This document shows, piece by piece, positions 26,967 to 34,905 of a stretch of 34,905 bases of DNA. This DNA is from an uncultured Ruminococcus sp. (GTDB lineage: Bacteria > Bacillota > Clostridia > Oscillospirales > CAG-272): the NCBI GenBank assembly GCA_964638045.1, contig CAZWXE010000002.1, forward strand, positions 1 to 34,905. Direction: 5' to 3'. How positions within the stretch are numbered: the stretch's first letter is position 1; the number at the start of each line of letters is the position of its first letter. The position numbers were made by a program, and so were the translations under genes. The notes below the pieces were generated by a model. The model did not search any database, was not told where the DNA came from, and saw nothing but the letters and a program-made list of their open reading frames with translations.

Positions 26967-27374
26967 ATGTTGAAAATTATTATCGGCGTTAAAGGTACAG
27001 GGAAGACCAAAACACTGATTAATCTTGTAAACAGCGCTTTGGCAGTGACAAAGGGAGATGTTGTTTGCATTGAAAAAGGTGTCAAGCTGAGATATGATAT
27101 CAAACCGTCCGCAAGACTGATTGATGTAGATGAATATATGGTTTCCGACGCACAGTCGTTGTATGGCTTTATTGCAGGTATTCTTGCAAGTAATCACGAT
27201 GTAACCGATTTGTTCTTGGACGGCACATTGAAAATTTGCAAGCACGACATTCCCGCATTCGAAAAAATGGTTGCCGAGCTGGATGCATTGGTAAACAAGA
27301 GCAGTGTGAACATGACGATGACGGTTTCCATGCCCGAAAACGAGGCCTCCGAGCTTGTTCGCAAGTACATTTAA
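26967..27374 (+). CDS. Hypothetical small P-loop NTPase-like protein (135 aa)
   Basis: GGGAGG RBS 8 nt before the ATG at 26967. Walker A GVKGTGKT at residues 7-14. Possible Walker B TDLFLDG. I do not recognise the family. Confidence 0.6.
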   Translation: MLKIIIGVKGTGKTKTLINLVNSALAVTKGDVVCIEKGVKLRYDIKPSARLIDVDEYMVSDAQSLYGFIAGILASNHDVTDLFLDGTLKICKHDIPAFEKMVAELDALVNKSSVNMTMTVSMPENEASELVRKYI

Positions 27375-27404
27375 CCGAGATTTTCAATCAATCTCCGACA
27401 GTGA

Positions 27405-27441
27405 AACCGCAGTTCTGCGAGCTTTATGCAGGACTGCGGTT
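27405..27441 (+). other. Intercistronic hairpin between the P-loop ORF and topB (weak terminator or processing/stability element)
   Basis: 14-bp stem with one G-U pair (AACCGCAGTTCTGC / GCAGGACTGCGGTT), 9-nt loop, followed only by CTGTGTTTGG. Confidence 0.4.
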
Positions 27442-27467
27442 CTGTGTTTGGAAAGGGGGATGCAACA

Positions 27468-29702
27468 GTGATTTTAATCATTGCCGAAAAGCCGAGTCTT
27501 GCACGCAACATTGCCGCCGGCATCGGCACGATGCAAAAAAGGCAAGGATATCTGGAGGGTTGCGGATACTTGATTACATGGGCGTTCGGACACCTTTTTT
27601 CGTTGTGCGACATTGAGGCGTATACCCCCGATGCACCCGCGCGGGCACGTTGGAGCATGGAAAATTTGCCCTGCTTTCCGGAGCGGTTTCGGTTTGAATT
27701 GCGCAAAGGACCGGATAAAAAGCCGGATGAAGGCGTGCTACGTCAGTTTGAAATCATCCGTCAGCTGTGCAACCGTGAAGATGTAGACACCGTTGTCAAC
27801 GCGGGGGACGCCGACCGTGAAGGGGAAATTATTGTTCGTCTTTGCCTGGACAATGCCATGTGCACGCCGAAAGCGCTCAAACGGCTGTGGCTTCCGGACC
27901 AAACTCCGCAAACCGTTGCCAAGGCTTTGCGCGAGATGAAGGATGCTTCCGAATATGATTTGTTGGCGTCCGAAGGATTTGCACGCACTTACATCGATTG
28001 GCTCTATGGGGTGAATCTCACGCGCTTTGCCACATTAAAGACGGGAACCTTGCTGCGTGTCGGCCGAGTCATTGTTCCCATCGTCAAGGCCATTTACGAC
28101 CGCGACATGAGCATCCGACACTTTGTTCCCGGAAAATATTATGCAATGGTGAGCCGTGAGCAAACCAAGGGAGAGACGGTGGAGCTGACCTCCAAGCAAA
28201 AATTCGACGCCGACCGGCTGCGTGATGCGCAGGAGCAATGCGCACTTTACAACCGTACGGGCGCGGTGGTTTCGGCAGTCAAAAATAAGAAGGATAAGCT
28301 GCAACCGGGCAAGCTTTACTCGCTTTCCAAGCTGCAAAATGTGCTGGGTAAAAAATATAAGATGTCGATGCAGGAAAGCCTTGCGTTGGTGCAGGGACTG
28401 TACGAAAAAGGGTATTTGACGTATCCGCGTACCAATTCCGAATATCTTGCCACTGCTGAAAAGGATAAAATCAGGCAAATTCTGAGCAGCTGTGCCAAGC
28501 TCGGCTATCCCGTCAAGATGAAGGAGAGCAAAGCTATTTTCGATGATTCCAAAATCGAGTCCCACTCCGCCCTGACACCAACCTACAAAATTCCGGATAA
28601 AAGCTTGCTGAACGAGCGTGAAATGCAGGTTTATTCTACGGTGTTCCGTCGCTTTATTGCGGTGTTCTGTGCCGAAGAATGCGTGGTTTCCAAAACCGAA
28701 ATCACCATTGATGTCGGGACGCTGGAGCGCTTTGTCCTGAAGGGAATGACGGTTTTGGAAAAAGGGTGGACCAAATACGACGACTGTACGCAAAAGGACA
28801 AAATATTGCCTCCGTTGGAAAAGGGTGATGCGGTGAACATCCTGTTTCAACCAACCGAAAAGGAAACCTCTCCGCCCAAGCATTACACCATCGAAACCTT
28901 GAACAATTATTTGAAAAATCCGTTCAAGGAGGACAAAAAAGCGGCACGGGAGACAGGCGAAGCGGGAGAGAACAATGAGGACCGCATCGGCGCGGATGAC
29001 AGCGAAGATTACCGCGCTGTTTTTGAGGGCTTGGAGCTGGGGACCGAGGCCACCAGAACCGGCATCATCGACAACGCACGCAAAAGCGGATATATCGATT
29101 TAAAAAAGGATGTTTATACCGTTCTTCCGGGAGGAGAGTTCCTCATCGAATCCTTGACTCAAATGCAAATTTCCATGGACAAGTACAAAACCTCTCAGCT
29201 GGGGCAAGCACTGAAGCAGGTGTATCACGGGACGCTGTCGGTGGAGGACAGCGTTCGTCTGGCACAAAAGGAAATTCAAGACATTTTTGACAAGAAGAAC
29301 GACGCCGCCTTTCAGGCCGAAAGCGAAACGGGCTTCTTCGGCGAAACGGTTGCCGTGTGCCCGTTTTGCCAAAGAGAAATGAAGCGGTTCCGCTCCTTTT
29401 ACGGCTGTACCGGGTATAAGGAAGGCTGTAAATTTTCGGTGAACATCAGCATTTGCGGCCGTGTGATTCCTGTGACGGCACTCAAGGAGCTGACCGAGCA
29501 GGGAAGAACCCGCGTTATGCGCGGCTTTGTTTCTTCCAAAACGGGAAAAAGCTTTGATGCCGCATTGAAATTGGAAAACGGAAAAGCTGTTTTCGACTTT
29601 GAAAAAAAGCCTTCCGCGCCTTCCGCGAGCCGCGTTCCGTCCGTTGCGATTGTTTTGGACGGAGAGGAGCCGCCGCTGCCGGAGCCTCCGGACCTGATGT
29701 AG
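27468..29702 (+). CDS. topB: DNA topoisomerase III (744 aa from a GTG start)
   Basis: Toprim N-terminus ILIIAEKPSLARNIA and the DxD motif region AGDADREGE. Type IA active-site region LYEKGYLTYPRTNSEYL. C-terminal zinc ribbon (CPFC...CTGYKEGC) and a Topo C-terminal repeat. The GTG at 27468 has AAAGGGGGA 7 nt upstream. The ATG at 27426 lies in the hairpin loop with no RBS. Confidence 0.92.
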   Translation: MILIIAEKPSLARNIAAGIGTMQKRQGYLEGCGYLITWAFGHLFSLCDIEAYTPDAPARARWSMENLPCFPERFRFELRKGPDKKPDEGVLRQFEIIRQLCNREDVDTVVNAGDADREGEIIVRLCLDNAMCTPKALKRLWLPDQTPQTVAKALREMKDASEYDLLASEGFARTYIDWLYGVNLTRFATLKTGTLLRVGRVIVPIVKAIYDRDMSIRHFVPGKYYAMVSREQTKGETVELTSKQKFDADRLRDAQEQCALYNRTGAVVSAVKNKKDKLQPGKLYSLSKLQNVLGKKYKMSMQESLALVQGLYEKGYLTYPRTNSEYLATAEKDKIRQILSSCAKLGYPVKMKESKAIFDDSKIESHSALTPTYKIPDKSLLNEREMQVYSTVFRRFIAVFCAEECVVSKTEITIDVGTLERFVLKGMTVLEKGWTKYDDCTQKDKILPPLEKGDAVNILFQPTEKETSPPKHYTIETLNNYLKNPFKEDKKAARETGEAGENNEDRIGADDSEDYRAVFEGLELGTEATRTGIIDNARKSGYIDLKKDVYTVLPGGEFLIESLTQMQISMDKYKTSQLGQALKQVYHGTLSVEDSVRLAQKEIQDIFDKKNDAAFQAESETGFFGETVAVCPFCQREMKRFRSFYGCTGYKEGCKFSVNISICGRVIPVTALKELTEQGRTRVMRGFVSSKTGKSFDAALKLENGKAVFDFEKKPSAPSASRVPSVAIVLDGEEPPLPEPPDLM

Positions 29703-29722
29703 CCGTTCCGTTTCTTCGACAC

Positions 29723-29760
29723 AAAAAGCGAAGCTCTCATCGTGAAAGCTTCGCTTTTTT
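29723..29760. terminator. Bidirectional intrinsic terminator between convergent topB and rhaA
   Basis: AAAAAGCGAAGCT, 11-nt loop, AGCTTCGCTTTTTT. Confidence 0.75.
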
Positions 29761-29784
29761 CTTGCGTTTTTCGAAAGCTGTTGC

Positions 29785-31035
29785 TTATCTTTTGGAAAGC
29801 ACGTCCTTTTCGTAGGCCGAAACCTCGTCAAACCAGCTTGCGTCTCCCTTTACGCCGTTGCGCGCGCAAAATTCGTTCCAGACGTCACCGACCGGGAAGA
29901 ATTTGTATTCCTCTTGCTTCATCATCAATTCCGTAAAGCGGCGCTCGTCCTGCAACTGCTTCAGCTCGGAATTGGGAAGCAGCAGTGCCGTAAGAATTGC
30001 CTTTTGTACCGAGCGCATTCCGATGACCCATGCGGCAATGCGGTTGATGGAGGCGTCAAAGTAATCGGTTGCCAAAATCACGCGTCCGAGCGCATCGTTG
30101 CGCACGACCTCCTTCATCATTTCCAATGTTTCATCGTCATAGCGAACGACATGGTCGGAATCCCAGCGTACTCCGCGCGTGACATGGAGCGCAATTTGAG
30201 GATGGAAGCACAAAAGTGCGGAGATTTTATCCGAAACAACCTCCGTGGGATGGTAATGTCCGTTATCCATCAACGGCACAATTCCTCGGGTGGTTGCATA
30301 GGAAAGGGCAAATTCGGAAGAGCCTGCGGTGTAGGACTCCAAGCCGATGCCGAATACCTTGGATTCCAATGTTACCTTGACCGCGTTTTTATCGTAACCG
30401 CATCCCAAAATGCGGTCCATGGAGTCCATGTAACGCATTCTCGGGCCGAGACGGTCGGCCGGAACGTCCTTAAAGCCGTCCGGAATCCAAACGTTCATTA
30501 CGCAGGGAATGCCGGTTTCCTTGGCGAAATATTCGGAAATGCGCACGCAGGCAATTCCGTGGCGAATCCAAAACGCACGGATTTCCTCGTTTTCGTTTGT
30601 CAATGTGCCGTTTTCCGCAAGGGGGTGGGAGAAGAAGGTGGGATTAAAATCCAACCCGACGCCGTGTTTTTTGGCAAATGCCACCCATGGCTCGAAGTGC
30701 TCGGGACGGATGGCGTCACGGTCCGCGATTTTGCCGTCCCGATAGATGCCGTAAAAGGCATGCACGTTGACGTTGTGCTTGCCCGGAATCAGGGAAAACG
30801 CTTTTTCAATGTCCTGCATCAATTCCTCGGGAGTGCGAGCCGCACCCGGGTAATTGCCCGTTGCCTGAATGCCTCCCGTCAATGCGCCTGCATTTTCAAA
30901 GCCCTTTACGTCATCTCCCTGCCAACAATGCATCGAAACGGAAACCTTTTGCAGCTCGGCAATCGCTTTTTCCGTATCGACGCCGATTTGAGCGTACCGT
31001 TCCTTGGCAATTCGATAAAGTTCTTTTTGTTCCAT
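29785..31035 (-). CDS. rhaA: L-rhamnose isomerase (416 aa)
   Basis: Collinear with E. coli RhaA by eye: SMHCWQGDDV..GF, GGIQATGNYPG, WIPDG, GHYHPTE, VRWDSDHVV, DASINRIAAWVIG. Start at the ATG at 31035 with a GGAGGA RBS. Confidence 0.93.
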   Translation of the reverse strand: MEQKELYRIAKERYAQIGVDTEKAIAELQKVSVSMHCWQGDDVKGFENAGALTGGIQATGNYPGAARTPEELMQDIEKAFSLIPGKHNVNVHAFYGIYRDGKIADRDAIRPEHFEPWVAFAKKHGVGLDFNPTFFSHPLAENGTLTNENEEIRAFWIRHGIACVRISEYFAKETGIPCVMNVWIPDGFKDVPADRLGPRMRYMDSMDRILGCGYDKNAVKVTLESKVFGIGLESYTAGSSEFALSYATTRGIVPLMDNGHYHPTEVVSDKISALLCFHPQIALHVTRGVRWDSDHVVRYDDETLEMMKEVVRNDALGRVILATDYFDASINRIAAWVIGMRSVQKAILTALLLPNSELKQLQDERRFTELMMKQEEYKFFPVGDVWNEFCARNGVKGDASWFDEVSAYEKDVLSKR

Positions 31036-31066
31036 CGTAATTTCCTCCGATTTTGTAATCGGTTCC

Positions 31067-31095
31067 ATTATAAAAGAATTGCCGAAAAAAAACAA
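31067..31095 (-). promoter_or_regulatory. Candidate promoter for rhaA
   Basis: Minus strand reads TTGTTT, 17 nt, TATAAT. Confidence 0.5.
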
Positions 31096-31312
31096 TAGGA
31101 TTTTTCAAAAAAACAAAAAAGACCGCCTTTTTCAAAAAATAGTCACCTAAAATATGCTTTGAATGGGCGATTTTGCCTCAACGGTGGCGGAAAGCAGCAG
31201 TATTGCTCGGGCAAAACTTGACAGTTCGAATGTCATTTGTCTACAACCGCTGTATTCGCTCCGTTTGTTTTCGTGCATTTTTGATGAAAAAAAGCAGCTT
31301 TCTTTTTTGATC

Positions 31313-31341
31313 TTGTTTTTTTTCGAGATGCGTGATATACT
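31313..31341 (+). promoter_or_regulatory. Candidate promoter for pncB
   Basis: TTGTTT, 17 nt, TATACT, with a TGA extended -10. The ORF-track ATG at 31342 abuts the -10 and so cannot be the start. Confidence 0.55.
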
Positions 31342-31374
31342 ATGTTCAATGAAAACAAAAAAGAGGATGAAATC

Positions 31375-32838
31375 ATGAACGACATCAACAGAAATCTAAC
31401 CATGCTCTGCGACTTTTACGAATTAACCATGGGAAACGGTTATTTCTCCTGCGGCATGAAGGACAAAATTGTTTATTTTGATGTATTTTATCGCGAGAAT
31501 CCCGACAACAGCGGCTTTGCCATTGTAGCGGGCTTGGAGCAGGTGGTGGAGTATATCAATCAGCTGCACTTTACAGAGGAGGATATTGCGTATCTTCGTT
31601 CCAAAAAATGCTTCTCCGAGGAATTTCTCGACTTTTTGAGAGATTTTCACTTTGAAGGCGACATTTGGGCGGTTCCGGAAGGAACGGTTGTCTTCCCGGG
31701 TGAGCCGTTGATGACGGTTCGCGGCAGAGCCATTGAAGCGCAGTTTATCGAAACCTATGTGTTGATGACCCTCAATCATCAATCGCTGATTGCAACAAAG
31801 GCAGCGCGCTTGACGCGCGCCGCAAAGGGAAGAGCCATCAGCGAATTCGGCTCCCGTCGCGCACAGGGGGCGGACGCGGCCATTTACGGTGCCCGCGCGG
31901 CGTTTATCGGCGGATGCAATGCCACCGCTTGTACCATCACCGATATTGCATTCGGTGTTCCGGCAACGGGGACCATGGCACACTCCTGGGTACAAATGTT
32001 CGACACCGAATACGAGGCATTCAAAACCTATTGCGAGATTTATCCTGAAAATGCAACCTTGCTGGTGGACACCTACAATGTATTGGAATCCGGAATTCCG
32101 AATGCGATTCGCGTATTCAATGAGGTTTTGGCGCCAAAGGGCATTCGCAAATGCGGTATTCGAATCGATTCCGGCGACATTACGTATCTTACGCAAAAGG
32201 TACGCAAGATGCTGGACGATGCCGGATGGACGGAATGCAAAATCGTTATTTCCAATTCTTTGGATGAATATATTATCCGTGAGCTGATCCGTCAGGGTGC
32301 CTGCATTGACGCATTCGGTGTCGGCGAGCGTTTGATTACCGCAAAAAGTGATCCCGTATTCGGCGGCGTTTACAAACTTTGTGCCGTGGAAAACGAACGG
32401 GGTGAAATCATTCCGAAAATCAAAATCAGCGAGAACGTCGGAAAAATTACCACGCCGCATTTCAAAAAGGTATACCGTCTCCGCGGCAGAGATACGGGAA
32501 AGGCAGAGGCGGACCTGCTGTGCGTTTGGGATGAAGAACTGGACGACTCCAAGCCGATTGAGCTGTTTGACCCCAACCACACATGGAAGCGCAAGGTGCT
32601 GGAGAACTATACCGCCACCGAATTGCTGTGTCCCATCTTCAAAAACGGCAAGCAGGTTTACCGGTTGCCCACCTTGCAGGAAATTCGCACACACTGTGAG
32701 GAAGAAATTCAGGGAATGTGGGAGGAGGTGCGACGCTTCAGCAATCCGCACAACTACTACGTGGACCTCTCCCAAAAGCTTTGGGATGTGAAAAACGAAA
32801 TGCTCAAGGCCAACAGAAGCGTTGCTCAAAAGAAATAA
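31375..32838 (+). CDS. pncB: Nicotinate phosphoribosyltransferase (487 aa)
   Basis: LCDFYELTM, FGSRRAQG and GTMAHSW motifs. AAGAGGA RBS before the ATG at 31375. Confidence 0.93.
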   Translation: MNDINRNLTMLCDFYELTMGNGYFSCGMKDKIVYFDVFYRENPDNSGFAIVAGLEQVVEYINQLHFTEEDIAYLRSKKCFSEEFLDFLRDFHFEGDIWAVPEGTVVFPGEPLMTVRGRAIEAQFIETYVLMTLNHQSLIATKAARLTRAAKGRAISEFGSRRAQGADAAIYGARAAFIGGCNATACTITDIAFGVPATGTMAHSWVQMFDTEYEAFKTYCEIYPENATLLVDTYNVLESGIPNAIRVFNEVLAPKGIRKCGIRIDSGDITYLTQKVRKMLDDAGWTECKIVISNSLDEYIIRELIRQGACIDAFGVGERLITAKSDPVFGGVYKLCAVENERGEIIPKIKISENVGKITTPHFKKVYRLRGRDTGKAEADLLCVWDEELDDSKPIELFDPNHTWKRKVLENYTATELLCPIFKNGKQVYRLPTLQEIRTHCEEEIQGMWEEVRRFSNPHNYYVDLSQKLWDVKNEMLKANRSVAQKK

Positions 32839-32854
32839 GCATTGTGAACCAAGC

Positions 32855-32897
32855 GAACCGATGACAGTCCGAAAGAAAGTCATCGGTTCACTTTTTT
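32855..32897 (+). terminator. Intrinsic terminator after pncB, overlapping the 3' end of the convergent MATE gene
   Basis: 11-bp stem GAACCGATGAC / GTCATCGGTTC, 13-nt loop, then ACTTTTTT. Confidence 0.8.
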
Positions 32898-34249
32898 ACA
32901 TTTTCTCCCTTTTTCAGGAGACGCAGTGCATCAAACAAAAAGGGCAGCGTGAATGCAAATGCGGCTATATCCGCGAAGGGTTGGAGCATCCAGACACCGT
33001 CCACGCCGAGGCTTTGCGGCAATAACAGAAGCAGCGGAAGAAAAAAGATTCCCTGCCGTGCCGATGCCAGCGCGGTTCCCGCAATCGGATGCCCCGTTAT
33101 TTGATACAGCAAAATCGTACAGGTGGTTACACCGTGCAAAACCAACACCGCGCTTTGAAAACGCAGGGCGTCGCTCCACAGCAGTGTGCGATCAAGCTCC
33201 GGTTGAAACAGGGAAAGCCAGGTGGGTGCAAACCAAAAAAGCGGAACGGAAATTGCCAGCATTGCAAAGGAAGATAGCAGTACCGCTTTCAAATAAATAC
33301 GCTTGATGCGCAAAGGCTTCCTGCTTCCGTGATAAAATCCGACGATGGGCATCATTCCTTGCCCGACGCCGAGACAAAAGGAATATGCAAGCAAAAACAA
33401 CTTGGAAATCACCGCCATGGAGGTTACCGCTGTCGAGCCGTACGGACGTGCGGCGTGGTTTAACAGGGTTGCGGCCAGTGCCGAAAGGCCTTGCCGGAAC
33501 AGCGAGGGCGTACCCAATACAACGGTAGTGCCCCAATCCTTCAGTACCGTCGTGCGGTTGTTATGAACAAAGGTGTGCGTTTTCCCTTTGAAAAAGGCAA
33601 TCAGAAGCAGGCTTCCTCCCACCGTTTGGGAAATACAGGTGGCAACAGACGCGCCGCGAATACCGAGTCCCGCAAAGGAAATCAGGACGGGGTCCAGTGC
33701 CACGTTCAGCAAATAAGCAACGCACAAGCCGAGCGTCGCCGCAAAGACCTTTCCCTCGGCGCGCAGCAGCTGTGCCAGCACCAATGAAACACACATCGGC
33801 AACGCGGACAGCAACAAAAATACCGCATAGCTTTGCGCATATTCATGATTTTCTTCCGATGCGCCCAGCAGGAAAACGATTTGTTCGCTGAAAAGTCCGC
33901 CCGACAGCGCCAAAAGGCCTCCGAGAAGAATTGCCAGACCAAGCGCATGAAAGCCGACACGTTGTGCCTGTGCCTCACGGCGCTGTCCCATCAGCGCGGA
34001 AACCTGTGCCGCGCCGCCGATGCCAACCGTGAATCCGATGGCCTGAATTATGGCTTGAATGGGAAATGCCACCCCTACCGCCGCCGTGGCGTTTGCGCCG
34101 AGCGAGGCCACAAAAAAAGAATCGGCAAGGCTGTAAAGCGCAGAGGAGAGCAGGGAAAGCACGGTCGGAACTGCAAAGTACAGCAGCAATTTCCAATCGG
34201 AAGCGCTTTGTTTCCGCAGGAGTCCTTCTTTCGGAGCATCAGATGACAT
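32888..34249 (-). CDS. MATE-family multidrug/toxin efflux transporter (453 aa)
   Basis: 12 predicted TM segments with a MatE repeat pattern (ALYSLADSFFVASLG...). GAGGA RBS. Confidence 0.9.
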   Translation of the reverse strand: MSSDAPKEGLLRKQSASDWKLLLYFAVPTVLSLLSSALYSLADSFFVASLGANATAAVGVAFPIQAIIQAIGFTVGIGGAAQVSALMGQRREAQAQRVGFHALGLAILLGGLLALSGGLFSEQIVFLLGASEENHEYAQSYAVFLLLSALPMCVSLVLAQLLRAEGKVFAATLGLCVAYLLNVALDPVLISFAGLGIRGASVATCISQTVGGSLLLIAFFKGKTHTFVHNNRTTVLKDWGTTVVLGTPSLFRQGLSALAATLLNHAARPYGSTAVTSMAVISKLFLLAYSFCLGVGQGMMPIVGFYHGSRKPLRIKRIYLKAVLLSSFAMLAISVPLFWFAPTWLSLFQPELDRTLLWSDALRFQSAVLVLHGVTTCTILLYQITGHPIAGTALASARQGIFFLPLLLLLPQSLGVDGVWMLQPFADIAAFAFTLPFLFDALRLLKKGENVKK

Positions 34250-34344
34250 ATCGCATCCTCACTTTCGTTTGGTGGGATTATTATGCGCAAAAAATCGAAT
34301 TCCATGTTTTTTTGCGTTTTTTACCAAGAGTTCTTTAAAAAGGC

Positions 34345-34373
34345 TTGATTTTCCTTTGATTTTGGTATATAAT
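34345..34373 (+). promoter_or_regulatory. Candidate sigma-A promoter for fba
   Basis: TTGATT, 17 nt, TATAAT, 42 nt upstream of the ATG at 34415. Confidence 0.6.
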
Positions 34374-34414
34374 ATCTGTGTTATACAAAAAGTGAAAATA
34401 CAGGAGGTTGTTTC

Positions 34415-34905
34415 ATGTTAGTTTCCGCAAAAGAAATGCTGATCAAGGCAAAAGAAGGTCACTATGCGGTTGGTCAGTTCAACATCAACAATTTGGAGTG
34501 GACAAAGGCAATTTTGCTGACTGCTCAGGAATTGAATTCTCCCGTAATTCTCGGCGTTTCCGAGGGTGCCGGAAAGTATATGTGCGGTTTTAAAACCGTT
34601 TCCGCTATGGTGAAGGCAATGATTGAGGAATTGAAAATTACCGTTCCCGTTGCACTTCATTTGGACCACGGCACTTATGAAGGATGCATGAAGTGCATCG
34701 ATGCAGGCTTCTCCTCCATCATGTTCGACGGCTCTCATTATCCGATTGCGGAGAATGTTGCGAAAACCACCGAGCTGGTAAAGATTTGCGCCGAAAAGGG
34801 AATGTCCCTGGAGTCGGAGTTCGGCTCCATCGGCGGCGAAGAGGACGGCGGAGTCGGTCTCGGTGAATGTGCAGACCCGAACGAGTGCAAAATGATTGCG
34901 GACCT
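34415..34905 (+). CDS. fba: Class II fructose-1,6-bisphosphate aldolase, 5' partial (runs off the window)
   Basis: My own translation from the ATG at 34415 (AGGAGG RBS): MLVSAKEMLIKAKEGHYAVGQFNINNLEWTKAILLTAQELNSPVILGVSEGAGKYM...ALHLDHG...FDGSH..., open to the end of the window. It is absent from the ORF track only because it has no stop codon. Confidence 0.93.
   Translation, partial: MLVSAKEMLIKAKEGHYAVGQFNINNLEWTKAILLTAQELNSPVILGVSEGAGKYMCGFKTVSAMVKAMIEELKITVPVALHLDHGTYEGCMKCIDAGFSSIMFDGSHYPIAENVAKTTELVKICAEKGMSLESEFGSIGGEEDGGVGLGECADPNECKMIAD

Noticed and set aside
26967-29702. P-loop ATPase plus Toprim-containing protein as a Gabija/PARIS/Wadjet-like defence pair
   Set aside because: The large protein is a full canonical type IA topoisomerase III, with the active-site Tyr region, zinc ribbon and C-terminal repeat. 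It is not an OLD/TOPRIM nuclease. The ATPase is far too small for AriA, GajA or JetC. The flanking genes are housekeeping.
31219-31235. TGACA-N7-TGTCA palindrome upstream of pncB as a NiaR/NrtR operator
   Set aside because: Only 5-bp arms, so it could arise by chance. I cannot match it to the NiaR or NrtR consensus from memory. It is kept only as a note inside the rhaA-pncB spacer finding.
31163-31378. Intergenic small ORFs from the track: 31163..31378 (71 aa), 12177..12359 (60 aa) and 95..442 (115 aa)
   Set aside because: They have no RBS, overlap promoters or the intron fragment, and have low-complexity translations.
34286-34322. Terminator-like hairpin (CGCAAAAAA, about 13-nt loop, TTTTTTGCG, then T6) in the divergent MATE/fba spacer
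   Set aside because: The stem is almost entirely A-U. There is no upstream plus-strand gene to terminate. It is probably just AT-rich promoter-region symmetry.
1-34905. Window-wide search by eye for CRISPR repeats, tRNA/rRNA genes, IS elements or transposases, integrases, phage genes, toxin-antitoxin pairs, DGR template/variable repeats and retron-like elements
   Set aside because: None found. Intergenic regions are short and explained by promoters and terminators. No reverse transcriptase, recombinase or regularly spaced repeats are visible. A computational repeat search (self dot-plot) and tRNAscan/Infernal would be needed to make this negative result rigorous.

Overview
This window looks like ordinary core chromosome from a Firmicutes/Clostridia-type bacterium. 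That guess rests on AddAB rather than RecBCD, strong GGAGG-type ribosome-binding sites, AT-rich intergenic regions with sigma-A-like promoters, and moderate GC. I can support 27 protein-coding genes. They are dense, mostly housekeeping, and almost all recognisable from motifs.

Gene order, left to right:
- Gfo/Idh/MocA oxidoreductase and a DMT permease, divergent from a PocR-AraC regulator
- ArsB/NhaD-type permease
- a queG-like, addB, addA operon
- an htrA, response regulator, histidine kinase, RlmA-like methyltransferase, GT2 glycosyltransferase operon
- a Crp/Fnr regulator with a NitT/TauT-type ABC importer
- a sugar nucleotidyltransferase with galE and galM
- D-Ala-D-Ala carboxypeptidase
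- pgi
- a small P-loop ORF followed by topB
- rhaA
- pncB
- a MATE efflux pump
- the 5' part of a class II fructose-bisphosphate aldolase gene

I found no rRNA or tRNA genes, CRISPR array, transposase, phage genes, toxin-antitoxin pair or recognisable defence genes. I do not see a convincing novel multi-gene system.

The most interesting items are non-coding:
1. The left edge (1..172, minus strand) looks like the 5' end (domain I) of a group II intron. It sits directly behind an intrinsic terminator, which is a class-C-like homing site.
2. An exact-consensus promoter fires straight into a strong terminator hairpin in front of the ArsB/NhaD-type permease. This could be a riboswitch/attenuator or an sRNA of about 80 nt.

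Lesser items are an unrecognised 135-aa P-loop protein apparently co-transcribed with topoisomerase III, some unusual operon memberships, and an orphan rhaA. All family assignments come from motif recognition by eye. No database search was run.
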